This document shows positions 1-7,551 of a stretch of DNA of 64,000 nt, piece after piece (within the stretch, counting starts at the first letter, position 1; each line of letters opens with the position of its first letter). The DNA comes from Microgenomates group bacterium (GTDB taxonomy: Bacteria > Patescibacteriota > Microgenomatia > PFEM01 > JBNASD01), in NCBI GenBank assembly GCA_049720225.1, contig JBNASD010000001.1, positions 164,733 to 228,732 of the forward strand, in the 5' to 3' direction. The notes under the pieces were generated by a model that ran no database searches, was not told the origin of the DNA, and worked only from the letters and a program-made list of their open reading frames with translations. A program made the position numbers and the translations under genes.

Positions 1-477
1 TTCTGATACTGCAATTATTTTGGTTGCAAAATTGCTTGCTAGCCTATATAAAAATTTAACTTCATTTGCAGGTTTAAACATAAAAAATGGACCATGTTCA
101 ATCCAAATTATTTTAAACCCAAGTATTTTTAAAATAGGAGTAAGAATTATTTTTTCTGTAGCAGACTGCAAACAAATAATTCTAATTTTTTTCTTTTTAT
201 AAAAAATTAAAATAGTTTTAATATATAAAAAAAGATATTTTGGTAAACCAAAAAATAATTTTATTAAATCTCTTCTTGTTCCTATTTCTTTTGAAAATAA
301 TGATAATACTTTTACCTCTACCTTTAAGTTTTTTATTCTTCCAGAAAATTTAGGAAGCGTAGTAATAAAAAATAATTTATATCTTTTAAAATATTTTTTA
401 AACGCTTGAATTAAATTCAAATTGTAAATTTCAGCTCCACCAATATTTTTAGCAGGTCGAATTAACAAAATCTTCAT
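1..477 (-). CDS. Glycosyltransferase family 4 (GT4), N-terminal part; partial gene running off the window start
   Basis: Manual minus-strand translation from ATG at 475-477: MKILLIRPAKNIGGAEIYNLNLIQAFKKYF...GFKIIWIEHGPFF, no stop before position 1. GGxE N-terminal GT4 signature. Absent from the ORF track because it has no in-window stop. 4-nt start/stop overlap with the upstream flippase gene. Confidence 0.55.
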   Translation of the reverse strand, partial: MKILLIRPAKNIGGAEIYNLNLIQAFKKYFKRYKLFFITTLPKFSGRIKNLKVEVKVLSLFSKEIGTRRDLIKLFFGLPKYLFLYIKTILIFYKKKKIRIICLQSATEKIILTPILKILGFKIIWIEHGPFFMFKPANEVKFLYRLASNFATKIIAVSE

Positions 478-1685
478 TTTTTTACTACAAGATAAAAAGT
501 TAAAAGATATAATTCTGAAATTAAAACATTAATACTAGCAGCAAAATAACCATAATAACGGATAAAAATTATATTTAGAATTACATTTATTAACAAAGTA
601 ATACTCATTCCTAATATAGGTATCGTTGTGTTTTCTTTAGCTAAAAATAAATAAGAAAAAAGATTATTTAAATAGAATAACGGAATACTAAGAAGTAGAA
701 TCCTTAATATTAAAATGCTTTCGTAAAACTTTTCTCCTCCTAATATTTTAATTACAAGAGAGGAAAAAATAAAACCAAAAAAAATAATTATCAAAGAAAA
801 ACCTAAAGCAATATAAATTGAATTTCGAAAAAGATTTTGAAGTTTTTTCTTGTTTCCAACGAAGTTAGTCAAAAGTGGATAAATTGTGGCCATATAAAAC
901 CCCCATAAAACTAAAATATTTTCCAAAATTTTATATGCAAGACTATAAATTCCTACCTCACTTGGACCTCGATAAATAGAAAGAATTATTGTATCTACCT
1001 TAAAATATAAAAGAGAAAGAATACTTAAAAAACCAACAGGAAAAGCTTTAATAAGTAATTTTTTTCCTAAATTAAAATCAAAAATTAATTTTTCTTTTAT
1101 AAATTTTTTAAGAAAAAAAATTATTAAAATACTGCCTGCTAAATTACCAATTAAAACTGTATTAACAATGCTGTAAAAACCAAACTTTAAAAATACAAAG
1201 ATTACAATAAAAATTGTGGTTACTACTTTTGTAATTACATCTACTAAAGCAACTAAATCTAACCTCAAATTAGCTTGAAAAATCACGGTTCCATAAGTAT
1301 TTAAAACTCCAATTGCCGAACCTATACAGGCCAGAATTATTCCGATTTTTAAAAATTTAGAATAAGGAAAAAATAAAAGACAAAAAATCGCTAATAAAGT
1401 AGAAAATAAAACCAAAAATAACTTAATCCAAAAATAAGTACCATAAATCTCTTTGGGAAATTTTTTAGAGGCTATCTCTCTTACCATCGTTAATTGTAAT
1501 CCCCAATCAGCAATAATTCCGAAAATAGAAAAATATGCAAAAGCCAAACTAAAATTTCCAAACCCTTCTTGACCAAGATAACGAGTTAAAATACTAACAG
1601 AAAGAAAACTTAAAAAAGTAGTAATTATCTTCCCCAAAATTTGAACTGCGGAATTATAGCCAATTTTATAAAAAATATTTTTCAT
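474..1685 (-). CDS. Polysaccharide biosynthesis protein / oligosaccharide flippase (Wzx-like, MOP superfamily), ~12 TM
   Basis: 403 aa, highly hydrophobic with a multi-TM profile; length and N-terminal pattern typical of PST-family flippases; adjacent to a GT4 gene. Confidence 0.55.
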   Translation of the reverse strand: MKNIFYKIGYNSAVQILGKIITTFLSFLSVSILTRYLGQEGFGNFSLAFAYFSIFGIIADWGLQLTMVREIASKKFPKEIYGTYFWIKLFLVLFSTLLAIFCLLFFPYSKFLKIGIILACIGSAIGVLNTYGTVIFQANLRLDLVALVDVITKVVTTIFIVIFVFLKFGFYSIVNTVLIGNLAGSILIIFFLKKFIKEKLIFDFNLGKKLLIKAFPVGFLSILSLLYFKVDTIILSIYRGPSEVGIYSLAYKILENILVLWGFYMATIYPLLTNFVGNKKKLQNLFRNSIYIALGFSLIIIFFGFIFSSLVIKILGGEKFYESILILRILLLSIPLFYLNNLFSYLFLAKENTTIPILGMSITLLINVILNIIFIRYYGYFAASINVLISELYLLTFYLVVKK

Positions 1686-1722
1686 TTAGCTAATTTTATC
1701 ATTTTAAATCTTTTTTCCTATT

Positions 1723-1752
1723 GACAAAAATAAAAAAAATAAAATAAATTAA
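1723..1752 (+). promoter_or_regulatory. Candidate sigma70-like promoter (TTGACA-N17-ATAAAT) for the 958-aa secreted protein gene
   Basis: TTGACA at ~1723-1728 followed 17 nt later by an A/T-rich -10-like hexamer, in the divergent intergenic region 1686-1763. Confidence 0.25.
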
Positions 1753-1763
1753 AAATAAAGAAA

Positions 1764-4640
1764 ATGAAAAAGTCTATCCTAAATAATGTAGGAAGATTTT
1801 TTCTTTTATTATTTACTTTTTTTCTTTTCTTAATTTCCTCAAAATCTGTTTCTGCTCTTTGGAATAAATATCCAAGCAATCCAATTTTTTCGGGAACGCC
1901 AGGAGGATGGGATAGCAGAGATACATCTTGCCCATATATAATTTTTAATGGAAATACCTACAAAATGTGGTATTCGGGAAATAATGGCAGTGGTTGGAGA
2001 ATAGGATATGCTACTTCATTAAATGGATTAATGTGGTATAAAGTAAATTATCCTGTAATAGATATATTTTCCCCTAATAATTGGGAAAAAGATACGGGAC
2101 ATTCTTTTGTTTTATACGAAGAAAATTTATATAAAATGTGGTACTCTTCAATTAGTTATTCATGGATTAGCGGCGAAGATCGGTATCGCCTTCGATATGC
2201 TACTTCTTTTGACGGAATAAATTGGGATGAAAAAGATTGGGTTTTAACTGGAAGTAAAGATAAATGGGATGCTGGCGGAATAAATAGAGGGCATTCTATT
2301 TTAAAAATAAACGGAATTTATCATCTATGGTATACAGGGACTGATGCCGGAACTAATTGGAGAATAGGATACGCAACATCTTTAGATGGAATCAGTTGGA
2401 CTAAGCAAAATAATTGTAATCCTGTGATTACTAAAACAGAAACGTGGGAATATAATAATGTAAGTTATCCTCACGTAATTTATAATAATGGGGTTTATGA
2501 AATGTGGTATGCTACTGGGGCAGGTGATTTACCAACAAGAATTGTTTATGCCTACTCTCTTGATGGAATACATTGGATTAAACCTGCAGATAAAAATCCG
2601 GTTTTAGAGGTAGGTCCATACGGATCTTGGGATAGTGTTAATATTAGTTCCCCTTTTGTCTTAAAAGAAGGTAATAAATATAAAATGTGGTATGATGGTT
2701 ATGATGGTAAACAGTGGCGAATTGGATATGCAGAAAGTATTGATGAAATAAATCCCACTCCTACTTTAAAACCTACACCTACTCCCACTTTTACTCCAAC
2801 TCCAACCCCCACCCCCACCCCTCTCCCCCCTCTTATTTTTCTTCCCGGATTAGGAGGGTCGTGGAATTTTGAAAGCTTAGTTTTGGGGATTGAAAAACCA
2901 TATAAAGAATGGGTAATTACACCTGGCCCAGGAGAAAAAGTCTATTATGGCTTTTTAAAAACCCTTAAAAATGCTGGTTATAATGATAACGGTCCTCAAA
3001 AAAACCTTTTTATCTTTACCTACAATTGGACCAAAAAGGTTTCTCAGATTGCCGAAGATCTTAAAGAGTTTATTCAAAATACCGTTAAACCTAAACCTGG
3101 GCAAAAAATTATTCTTGTCGGTCATAGTTTAGGGGGTTTAACCGCCAGAACTTATGTCCAAAACAATCCCCAAAATCAAGTTACCACCCTCCTTACTTTA
3201 GGTTCTCCCCACAAAGGAGCTGTTCAAGTATATTATGCCTGGGCAGGTGGTGATCTTCGCTTTATGAATATTTTAGAAAGAATTGCCGTTGGTTTACTTC
3301 TTCAAATTCGTCGTTCTGGTTTTAATACCGATAAAGAAACGGTTCAAAATATCGCTCCTGTTTTAAAAGATTTACTTCCAACTTTTAATTATTTAAAACA
3401 AAACAACCAAGAAATTCCATATCTTCAAATGATTGAAAAAAACGATTGGCTTGATAACCTTAATAACAATCCTCCCTCCAATCTTTTTTCTGGTTTTACT
3501 ACTCTTTTATCAAATATAGAAAATAGCACTCCCCGTTGGTTATTAGTAGAACCACGAAATTGGTTAGATAAAATTTTAAATCTTTGGTCCGATGGTAAAC
3601 CAGTAGGTGATCCAATTTTAGATACCGGCGATAGAACTGTTCTTTCTTTAAGCGCTCAACTTTCTGGTGCTCAACTAGTTGAACTTCAGGGTTTAGGTCA
3701 TCGAGAAATTGTCCAAACTCAAACTGGCCAAGAAAAAATTATGGAAATTTTAAACCTTAAACCCACTCCTTATTCTGTTTCTGAAGACATTTCTGAGCCA
3801 ATTTTAGTTTTTCTTATTGCTTCTCCGGCTACTTTAGAAATTTTTGACACTAAGGGAAACTCTGTTGGAGAAGGCGATGGAAAATTAATGTTTGTTTTTA
3901 ATCCCCAAGAAGGAAATTATCAGATTAAAATTACCGGTACCGGTAATGGACCTTATCAGCTCTATGTAGGCCAACTAACTAAAAACGGTGACATTTGGAG
4001 CGAAATTTCTGGCAAAATTAATCAGGGAGAAATCCAAATTAGAGAAGTTAATTTTCAACCCAATTCTCCCTTACCTTATCCTTTTGTTGATAATACTGGT
4101 GAAATTTCTTTACAATCTACAATCCAAAAAATTTTAGAAACAAAAGAATTTATTAACAATAATCTTCTCTCTCCTAAAATAAAGAAAAAATTAATTAGTT
4201 CTTTAAACGAAATTCTGGAATTAATCTCTCAAAAAAATTATCACCAAGCAATTACTACTTCTTATGAACTTCATCTTTATCTTGGCCGACTTTCTAAACA
4301 AAAAATTGTTCCTTCCTCAATCGTTATCTTTCTTAAAAATAAAATCATAGAAATTATTAACGATTTAGAAAAAGTTTATATTAAAAATCAGTCTTCCCCT
4401 TATTCCGATAAAAAATTAAAAACAGAAATTAAAATTGCCGAAAATCTCTCCCTTCAAATGGAGAAAAAACTTAAAAAATTTTCCCAAGCTACTTCTGAAG
4501 ATGGAGCTTTATATCTTTTAGCCAAAGAAAAACTTAATATTGCTAAAAATTCTTCTTCCCATCAAGCACATATTAATGCTTTAGGGGTAAAATATTTATC
4601 TTTAGAGGGAATTATTCTTTTTAACTCAGGAAATAATTAA
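1764..4640 (+). CDS. Secreted multidomain protein: signal peptide; 5-bladed beta-propeller glycoside-hydrolase-like domain (GH130/GH43/GH32-like repeats); Pro/Thr linker; alpha/beta-hydrolase lipase domain (GHSLGG); C-terminal helical domain
   Basis: N-terminal signal peptide (…SKSVSA|LWNK). Five repeats of W(D/E)..x..P.VI..G..YxMWYxG…RIGYAxSxDGIxW. PTPTLKPTPTPTFTPTPTPTPTP linker. IILVGHSLGGLTARTYV and TLGSPHKGA, a class-2 lipase/PGAP1-like nucleophile elbow. Confidence 0.6.
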   Translation: MKKSILNNVGRFFLLLFTFFLFLISSKSVSALWNKYPSNPIFSGTPGGWDSRDTSCPYIIFNGNTYKMWYSGNNGSGWRIGYATSLNGLMWYKVNYPVIDIFSPNNWEKDTGHSFVLYEENLYKMWYSSISYSWISGEDRYRLRYATSFDGINWDEKDWVLTGSKDKWDAGGINRGHSILKINGIYHLWYTGTDAGTNWRIGYATSLDGISWTKQNNCNPVITKTETWEYNNVSYPHVIYNNGVYEMWYATGAGDLPTRIVYAYSLDGIHWIKPADKNPVLEVGPYGSWDSVNISSPFVLKEGNKYKMWYDGYDGKQWRIGYAESIDEINPTPTLKPTPTPTFTPTPTPTPTPLPPLIFLPGLGGSWNFESLVLGIEKPYKEWVITPGPGEKVYYGFLKTLKNAGYNDNGPQKNLFIFTYNWTKKVSQIAEDLKEFIQNTVKPKPGQKIILVGHSLGGLTARTYVQNNPQNQVTTLLTLGSPHKGAVQVYYAWAGGDLRFMNILERIAVGLLLQIRRSGFNTDKETVQNIAPVLKDLLPTFNYLKQNNQEIPYLQMIEKNDWLDNLNNNPPSNLFSGFTTLLSNIENSTPRWLLVEPRNWLDKILNLWSDGKPVGDPILDTGDRTVLSLSAQLSGAQLVELQGLGHREIVQTQTGQEKIMEILNLKPTPYSVSEDISEPILVFLIASPATLEIFDTKGNSVGEGDGKLMFVFNPQEGNYQIKITGTGNGPYQLYVGQLTKNGDIWSEISGKINQGEIQIREVNFQPNSPLPYPFVDNTGEISLQSTIQKILETKEFINNNLLSPKIKKKLISSLNEILELISQKNYHQAITTSYELHLYLGRLSKQKIVPSSIVIFLKNKIIEIINDLEKVYIKNQSSPYSDKKLKTEIKIAENLSLQMEKKLKKFSQATSEDGALYLLAKEKLNIAKNSSSHQAHINALGVKYLSLEGIILFNSGNN
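2761..2835 (+). repeat. Pro/Thr-codon (ACY-CCN) simple repeat encoding the PTPTPT linker of the 958-aa protein
   Basis: cccactcctactttaaaacctacacctactcccacttttactccaactccaacccccacccccacccctctcccccctc. Confidence 0.7.
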
Positions 4641-5590
4641 TGAAAATTCTTAAAATTCGTGAACTTTTTATTGACGCTATCCGAAGTTTTTTTAAATCTC
4701 AAGGTTTTACCGAGGTAGATACTCCTTTATTGGTAACCGCCCCCGACCCTTCTCCTTTTAATGAAGTTTTTGAGGTTCATTCAATTACCGGCCAAAAATT
4801 TTATCTTACTCCTTCTCCCGAATTTTTTATGAAAAAACTTTTAGCTAATAATTCAGGTAATATTTTTCAAATTTGTAAAGCTTTTCGTGACGGCCAAATC
4901 GGTCCTCTTCACAACCCTGAATTTACCATTCTTGAGTGGTACCGTATAAATGCCAATTATTACGATATTATGGTTGATTGCGAAAATTTAATTGATTATT
5001 TAATAAAAAAACTCTCTCCATTTAAAATCTTAAATTTAAAATTTAAAATTATTCATCCTTGGCCAAGAATTTCTATTAAAGAAGCCTTTCAAAAATATGC
5101 CAAGATTGATTTAGATGAATTTCTTGATTTAAATTATGCTCGCCAAATTTGCCAGCAACACGGCTATCAAGTAAATAAAACCGATACGTGGGAACAACTT
5201 TATCACCAAATTTTTTTAAACGAAATTGAACCAAAACTTCCTTCTGGTACCCCATTAATTTTATATGACTATCCTGCACCATTAGCGGCCTTGGCTCGCC
5301 TTAAAAAAGACAACCCTAATTATGCGGAAAGGTTTGAATTCTATTTAAATGGGATTGAAATAGGTAACGGTTATAGCGAACTTAATGATTCTTCCGAACA
5401 ACGAAAAAGATTAATCAATGACCTTAAAATAAGAAAAAAATTGGGGATGCGTCTTTTTCCTCTTGACGAAGAGTTTGTTAAAGCAGTAGGTAAAATGCCA
5501 CCAACCGGAGGAATTGCGGTGGGAGTTGATCGATTAATGATGACTCTTATTGGGAAGAAAAAAATTGATCCCACCTTCCCTTTTAATTAA
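4640..5590 (+). CDS. epmA: Elongation factor P--(R)-beta-lysine ligase (EpmA/PoxA/GenX; class II LysRS paralog lacking the anticodon-binding domain)
   Basis: 316 aa; starts directly in the class II catalytic core (…FRDGQIGPLHNPEFTILEWYR, motif 2; GIAVGVDRL, motif 3); no N-terminal OB domain; immediately upstream of efp. Confidence 0.7.
   Translation: MKILKIRELFIDAIRSFFKSQGFTEVDTPLLVTAPDPSPFNEVFEVHSITGQKFYLTPSPEFFMKKLLANNSGNIFQICKAFRDGQIGPLHNPEFTILEWYRINANYYDIMVDCENLIDYLIKKLSPFKILNLKFKIIHPWPRISIKEAFQKYAKIDLDEFLDLNYARQICQQHGYQVNKTDTWEQLYHQIFLNEIEPKLPSGTPLILYDYPAPLAALARLKKDNPNYAERFEFYLNGIEIGNGYSELNDSSEQRKRLINDLKIRKKLGMRLFPLDEEFVKAVGKMPPTGGIAVGVDRLMMTLIGKKKIDPTFPFN
5025..5052. repeat. Heptanucleotide tandem repeat (AAATTTA-like x4) inside epmA
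   Basis: aaatctt aaattta aaattta aaattat; encodes KILNLKFKII. Confidence 0.6.
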
Positions 5591-5648
5591 AATCAAAAAT
5601 TGACATTTTTTGCCAGGTGTCCAAAATTGTCAATTAATTAATTTTTTA

Positions 5649-5677
5649 TTGTCTATTTTTATTTTTTATGATAGAAT
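5649..5677 (+). promoter_or_regulatory. Candidate promoter TTGTCT-N17-TAGAAT; the -10 ends 7 nt before the efp ATG, so a possible leaderless mRNA
   Basis: Hexamers read directly; no Shine-Dalgarno between the -10 and ATG 5685. Confidence 0.3.
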
Positions 5678-5684
5678 TTCTCCT

Positions 5685-6242
5685 ATGATCGAAAGTGGAC
5701 AACTCAAAAAAGGAATGTGTATTCTTTTTCGAGGAGAACCTCATTTGGTAATTGATAAAACCTTTGTTTCCCCCGGAAAAGGCTCGGCCTTTACTCGGGC
5801 TAAATTAAGAAATATCAAAACCGGCGCGGTTTTAGAATTTACCTTTAAATCAGGAGAAAAAATTGAAGAAGCAGAAGTTAATACCTTAGAATTTCAATAT
5901 CTTTACCAGCAAGGAGAGGAGTATTTTTTTATGAATCCGCGAAATTTTGAGCAAATTTCTCTCTCTCAAGATCTTATTGGCAATTTTTACCATTTTTTAA
6001 AAGAAGGAGAAACTTATAAAATTATGCTTTTTGAAAATCAGCCAATTACTCTTATTCCCCCTTTAAAAGTAAAGCTTAAAGTAATCGAAACCGAAGCAGG
6101 AGCAAAAGGCAATACCGTTACCGGTGCTACCAAACCAGCAAAAACGGAAACTGGTTATATCGTTCAAGTTCCTTTATTTATTAAAGAAGGAGATACAATT
6201 ATTGTTAATACCGAAACTGGAGAATATGTAAGTAGAATATAA
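5685..6242 (+). CDS. efp: Translation elongation factor P
   Basis: MIESGQLKKGMCILFRGEPHLVIDKTFVSPGKGSAFTRAKLRN aligns with the EF-P N-terminus, including the conserved PGKG loop lysine. 185 aa from ATG 5685; the ORF-track start at 5610 is an upstream extension. Confidence 0.85.
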   Translation: MIESGQLKKGMCILFRGEPHLVIDKTFVSPGKGSAFTRAKLRNIKTGAVLEFTFKSGEKIEEAEVNTLEFQYLYQQGEEYFFMNPRNFEQISLSQDLIGNFYHFLKEGETYKIMLFENQPITLIPPLKVKLKVIETEAGAKGNTVTGATKPAKTETGYIVQVPLFIKEGDTIIVNTETGEYVSRI

Positions 6243-6246
6243 AAAA

Positions 6247-6762
6247 ATGTTTTCCCCTGAAACCAAAGAAACTCCACCCTCAAAGACTCTAACTCTTGCT
6301 TACCAAAATACTTCTTTAAACATTAAAATAGAAACCAAAAAATCAACCCCTGAACAAGAAAAAAAGCCAAAATTACCTCAAGTAAAAGATGTTGTTATTT
6401 TTCCTCTTCCTTCTAAAAGGGATTTATCTCCAAAAGTTGGATTAGTGGTGGTAAATCAAGTAGATGATCCATATTTTTTTGGTTGGTTATTTGAAATTTC
6501 TCTTCCATCTGGTCAATCTTTTGAAAATTTTATTGCCGAAATTAGAAAATTCCCAACAACCTCTCTTGAATTAACCAATTCATATGAATCAGGAACATTA
6601 AATATACGAAATTTACCTGATTTAATTATTTTAGGTCAATTTGCGGGAGTAGATGATAAAAAAAAATTAGAAGAAATAATCAAGAGAACCAAATTAGAAG
6701 GATTACCAAAAGAATTATCAGAAAAAATAATGGAAAAAATATTAGGCTCTTATTTTTCTTAA
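6247..6762 (+). CDS. Hypothetical protein (171 aa), Lys/Glu/Pro-rich N-terminus; possibly co-transcribed with epmA-efp
   Basis: ORF begins 5 nt after the efp stop; no recognisable motifs. Confidence 0.4.
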   Translation: MFSPETKETPPSKTLTLAYQNTSLNIKIETKKSTPEQEKKPKLPQVKDVVIFPLPSKRDLSPKVGLVVVNQVDDPYFFGWLFEISLPSGQSFENFIAEIRKFPTTSLELTNSYESGTLNIRNLPDLIILGQFAGVDDKKKLEEIIKRTKLEGLPKELSEKIMEKILGSYFS

Positions 6763-6766
6763 ATTG

Positions 6767-7105
6767 CTAAATTTTTTCTCTATTAGCTAAATAATCTCTT
6801 GCGGCTTTTAAGAATTCTTGCTTTTTTTCTTCTTTTCTTTGAGGAGGGGGTACATTTTTTGACTCTAAGATTCCTATAACTAATTCTTTTACTCCTTTTA
6901 CTTCCCTTAAAGGTAAACCTGCCAAAATAGAAATAACGGGTACCGCTAGAAAAACTAATTTTTGAGGAATTCCATTTTTAATTAACCATTCGGAAAGTTT
7001 TAAAATATCTTCAATTTTTTCTCCTCTCCACTCTTCTACTCTCCTTAAGGCCAAAGGTAAGGGAATATCTCCCGAAGGTCCAAAATTTTTTCTTTCTATT
7101 TTCAT
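6767..7105 (-). CDS. Hypothetical small protein (112 aa) with one predicted TM segment
   Basis: ORF with central hydrophobic stretch LVFLAVPVISILAGLPL; lies directly downstream (minus strand) of the tRNA-Val and zinc-ribbon mini-ORF. Confidence 0.4.
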   Translation of the reverse strand: MKIERKNFGPSGDIPLPLALRRVEEWRGEKIEDILKLSEWLIKNGIPQKLVFLAVPVISILAGLPLREVKGVKELVIGILESKNVPPPQRKEEKKQEFLKAARDYLANREKI

Positions 7106-7180
7106 AATAAAAAATAAATAATAAAAAAGAAAATTGGCCTGGAGAAGAGATTAAGAAGGAGGATCAAGTTGGTTGATCGT

Positions 7181-7204
7181 GATGAGAACGCCGTTGTTCT
7201 CATC
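7181..7204. other. Perfect 9-bp stem hairpin GATGAGAAC-GCCGTT-GTTCTCATC inside the GC-rich island
   Basis: Inverted repeat read directly. Followed on the plus strand by a T-rich tract (TCCTTCTTT), so terminator-like in plus orientation, or a 3' stabilising stem-loop of the minus-strand mini-ORF transcript. Confidence 0.4.
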
Positions 7205-7256
7205 TCCTTCTTTAAAGCTCTCTTCCCCAGGCTCGCCGCCGGCCCATTAGGAAGTT

Positions 7257-7373
7257 TTACTTCTTCTCGCCCGTGCCCTTACAGGCGGGGCACACTTTCC
7301 CGTTTCGGGTTACGCCACCACTGCAGTGTGGACACTGAGTAGGAAGCTTCTGGTCATCGCCGTTTCTTCCCAT
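7257..7373 (-). CDS. Small zinc-ribbon protein (38 aa, two CxxC pairs; second pair CPACKGTG matches a DnaJ-like CxxCxGxG); GC-rich, strong SD
   Basis: Minus-strand RNA reads AAGGAGG-CAGACAT-ATG GGA AGA …: MGRNGDDQKLPTQCPHCSGGVTRNGKVCPACKGTGEKK*. GC3-rich codons (GGC, GCC, CCC, GAC) unlike every flanking gene. The ORF-track 62-aa version starts inside the tRNA gene (GGSNPS TΨC-arm artefact) and is over-extended. Confidence 0.4.
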   Translation of the reverse strand: MGRNGDDQKLPTQCPHCSGGVTRNGKVCPACKGTGEKK

Positions 7374-7408
7374 ATGTCTGCCTCCTTGGTTGGCGGGCCG
7401 GCGGCTAG

Positions 7409-7482
7409 TGGCCGATGAGGGATTCGAACCCCCGACCTCTCGCATGTGAAGCGAGCGCTCTAACCAACTGAGCCAATCGGCC
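7409..7482 (-). tRNA. tRNA-Val (anticodon CAC), 74 nt, CCA not encoded
   Basis: Manual cloverleaf: acceptor GGCCGAT/ATCGGCC, D-arm GCTC-AGTTGGTT-AGAGC, anticodon arm CTCGC-TTCACAT-GCGAG (C34 A35 C36), T-arm GGTCGGGGGTTCGAATCCCTC (stem GGGGG/CCCTC), discriminator A73. Confidence 0.85.
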
Positions 7483-7513
7483 AGGATAAAAAGTATCTTA
7501 TCAAATTTTCCTC

Positions 7514-7542
7514 TTGAAAATCAATATTTTATCTCTTAGAAT
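7514..7542 (+). promoter_or_regulatory. Candidate sigma70 promoter TTGAAA-N17-TAGAAT for lepB; ATG 9 nt after the -10 (leaderless or near-leaderless)
   Basis: Hexamers and spacing read directly; same TAGAAT -10 and geometry as the efp candidate promoter. Confidence 0.35.
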
Positions 7543-7551
7543 TAAATCATT

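Noticed and set aside
2761-2835. C/A-rich PT-codon tract (and the similar one at ~42540-42660) as a regulatory or poly-C element
   Set aside because: Both are in frame within long ORFs and encode Pro/Thr linkers (PTPTPT) of secreted and membrane proteins.
5076-5574. Minus-strand ORFs 5076..5282 and 5371..5574
   Set aside because: Antisense and fully inside epmA; low-complexity, no motifs; typical shadow ORFs of an AT-rich genome.
7257-7445. Track ORF of 62 aa (MREVGGSNPSSATSRRPANQGG…) taken as a real protein
   Set aside because: Its first 24 codons are a translation through the tRNA-Val gene (GGSNPS is the typical TΨC-arm artefact). The only plausible coding part is the SD-led 38-codon portion from Met25 (7257..7373).
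7140-7490. GC-rich island as tmRNA, RNase P, SRP RNA or an rRNA fragment
   Set aside because: The tRNA-like part is a complete cloverleaf with an anticodon arm, so not a tmRNA split tRNA-like domain. No tag-peptide resume codon (AANDENYALAA-like), no recognisable SRP domain IV or RNase P P4 motifs by eye. A novel ncRNA cannot be excluded without a covariance-model search.
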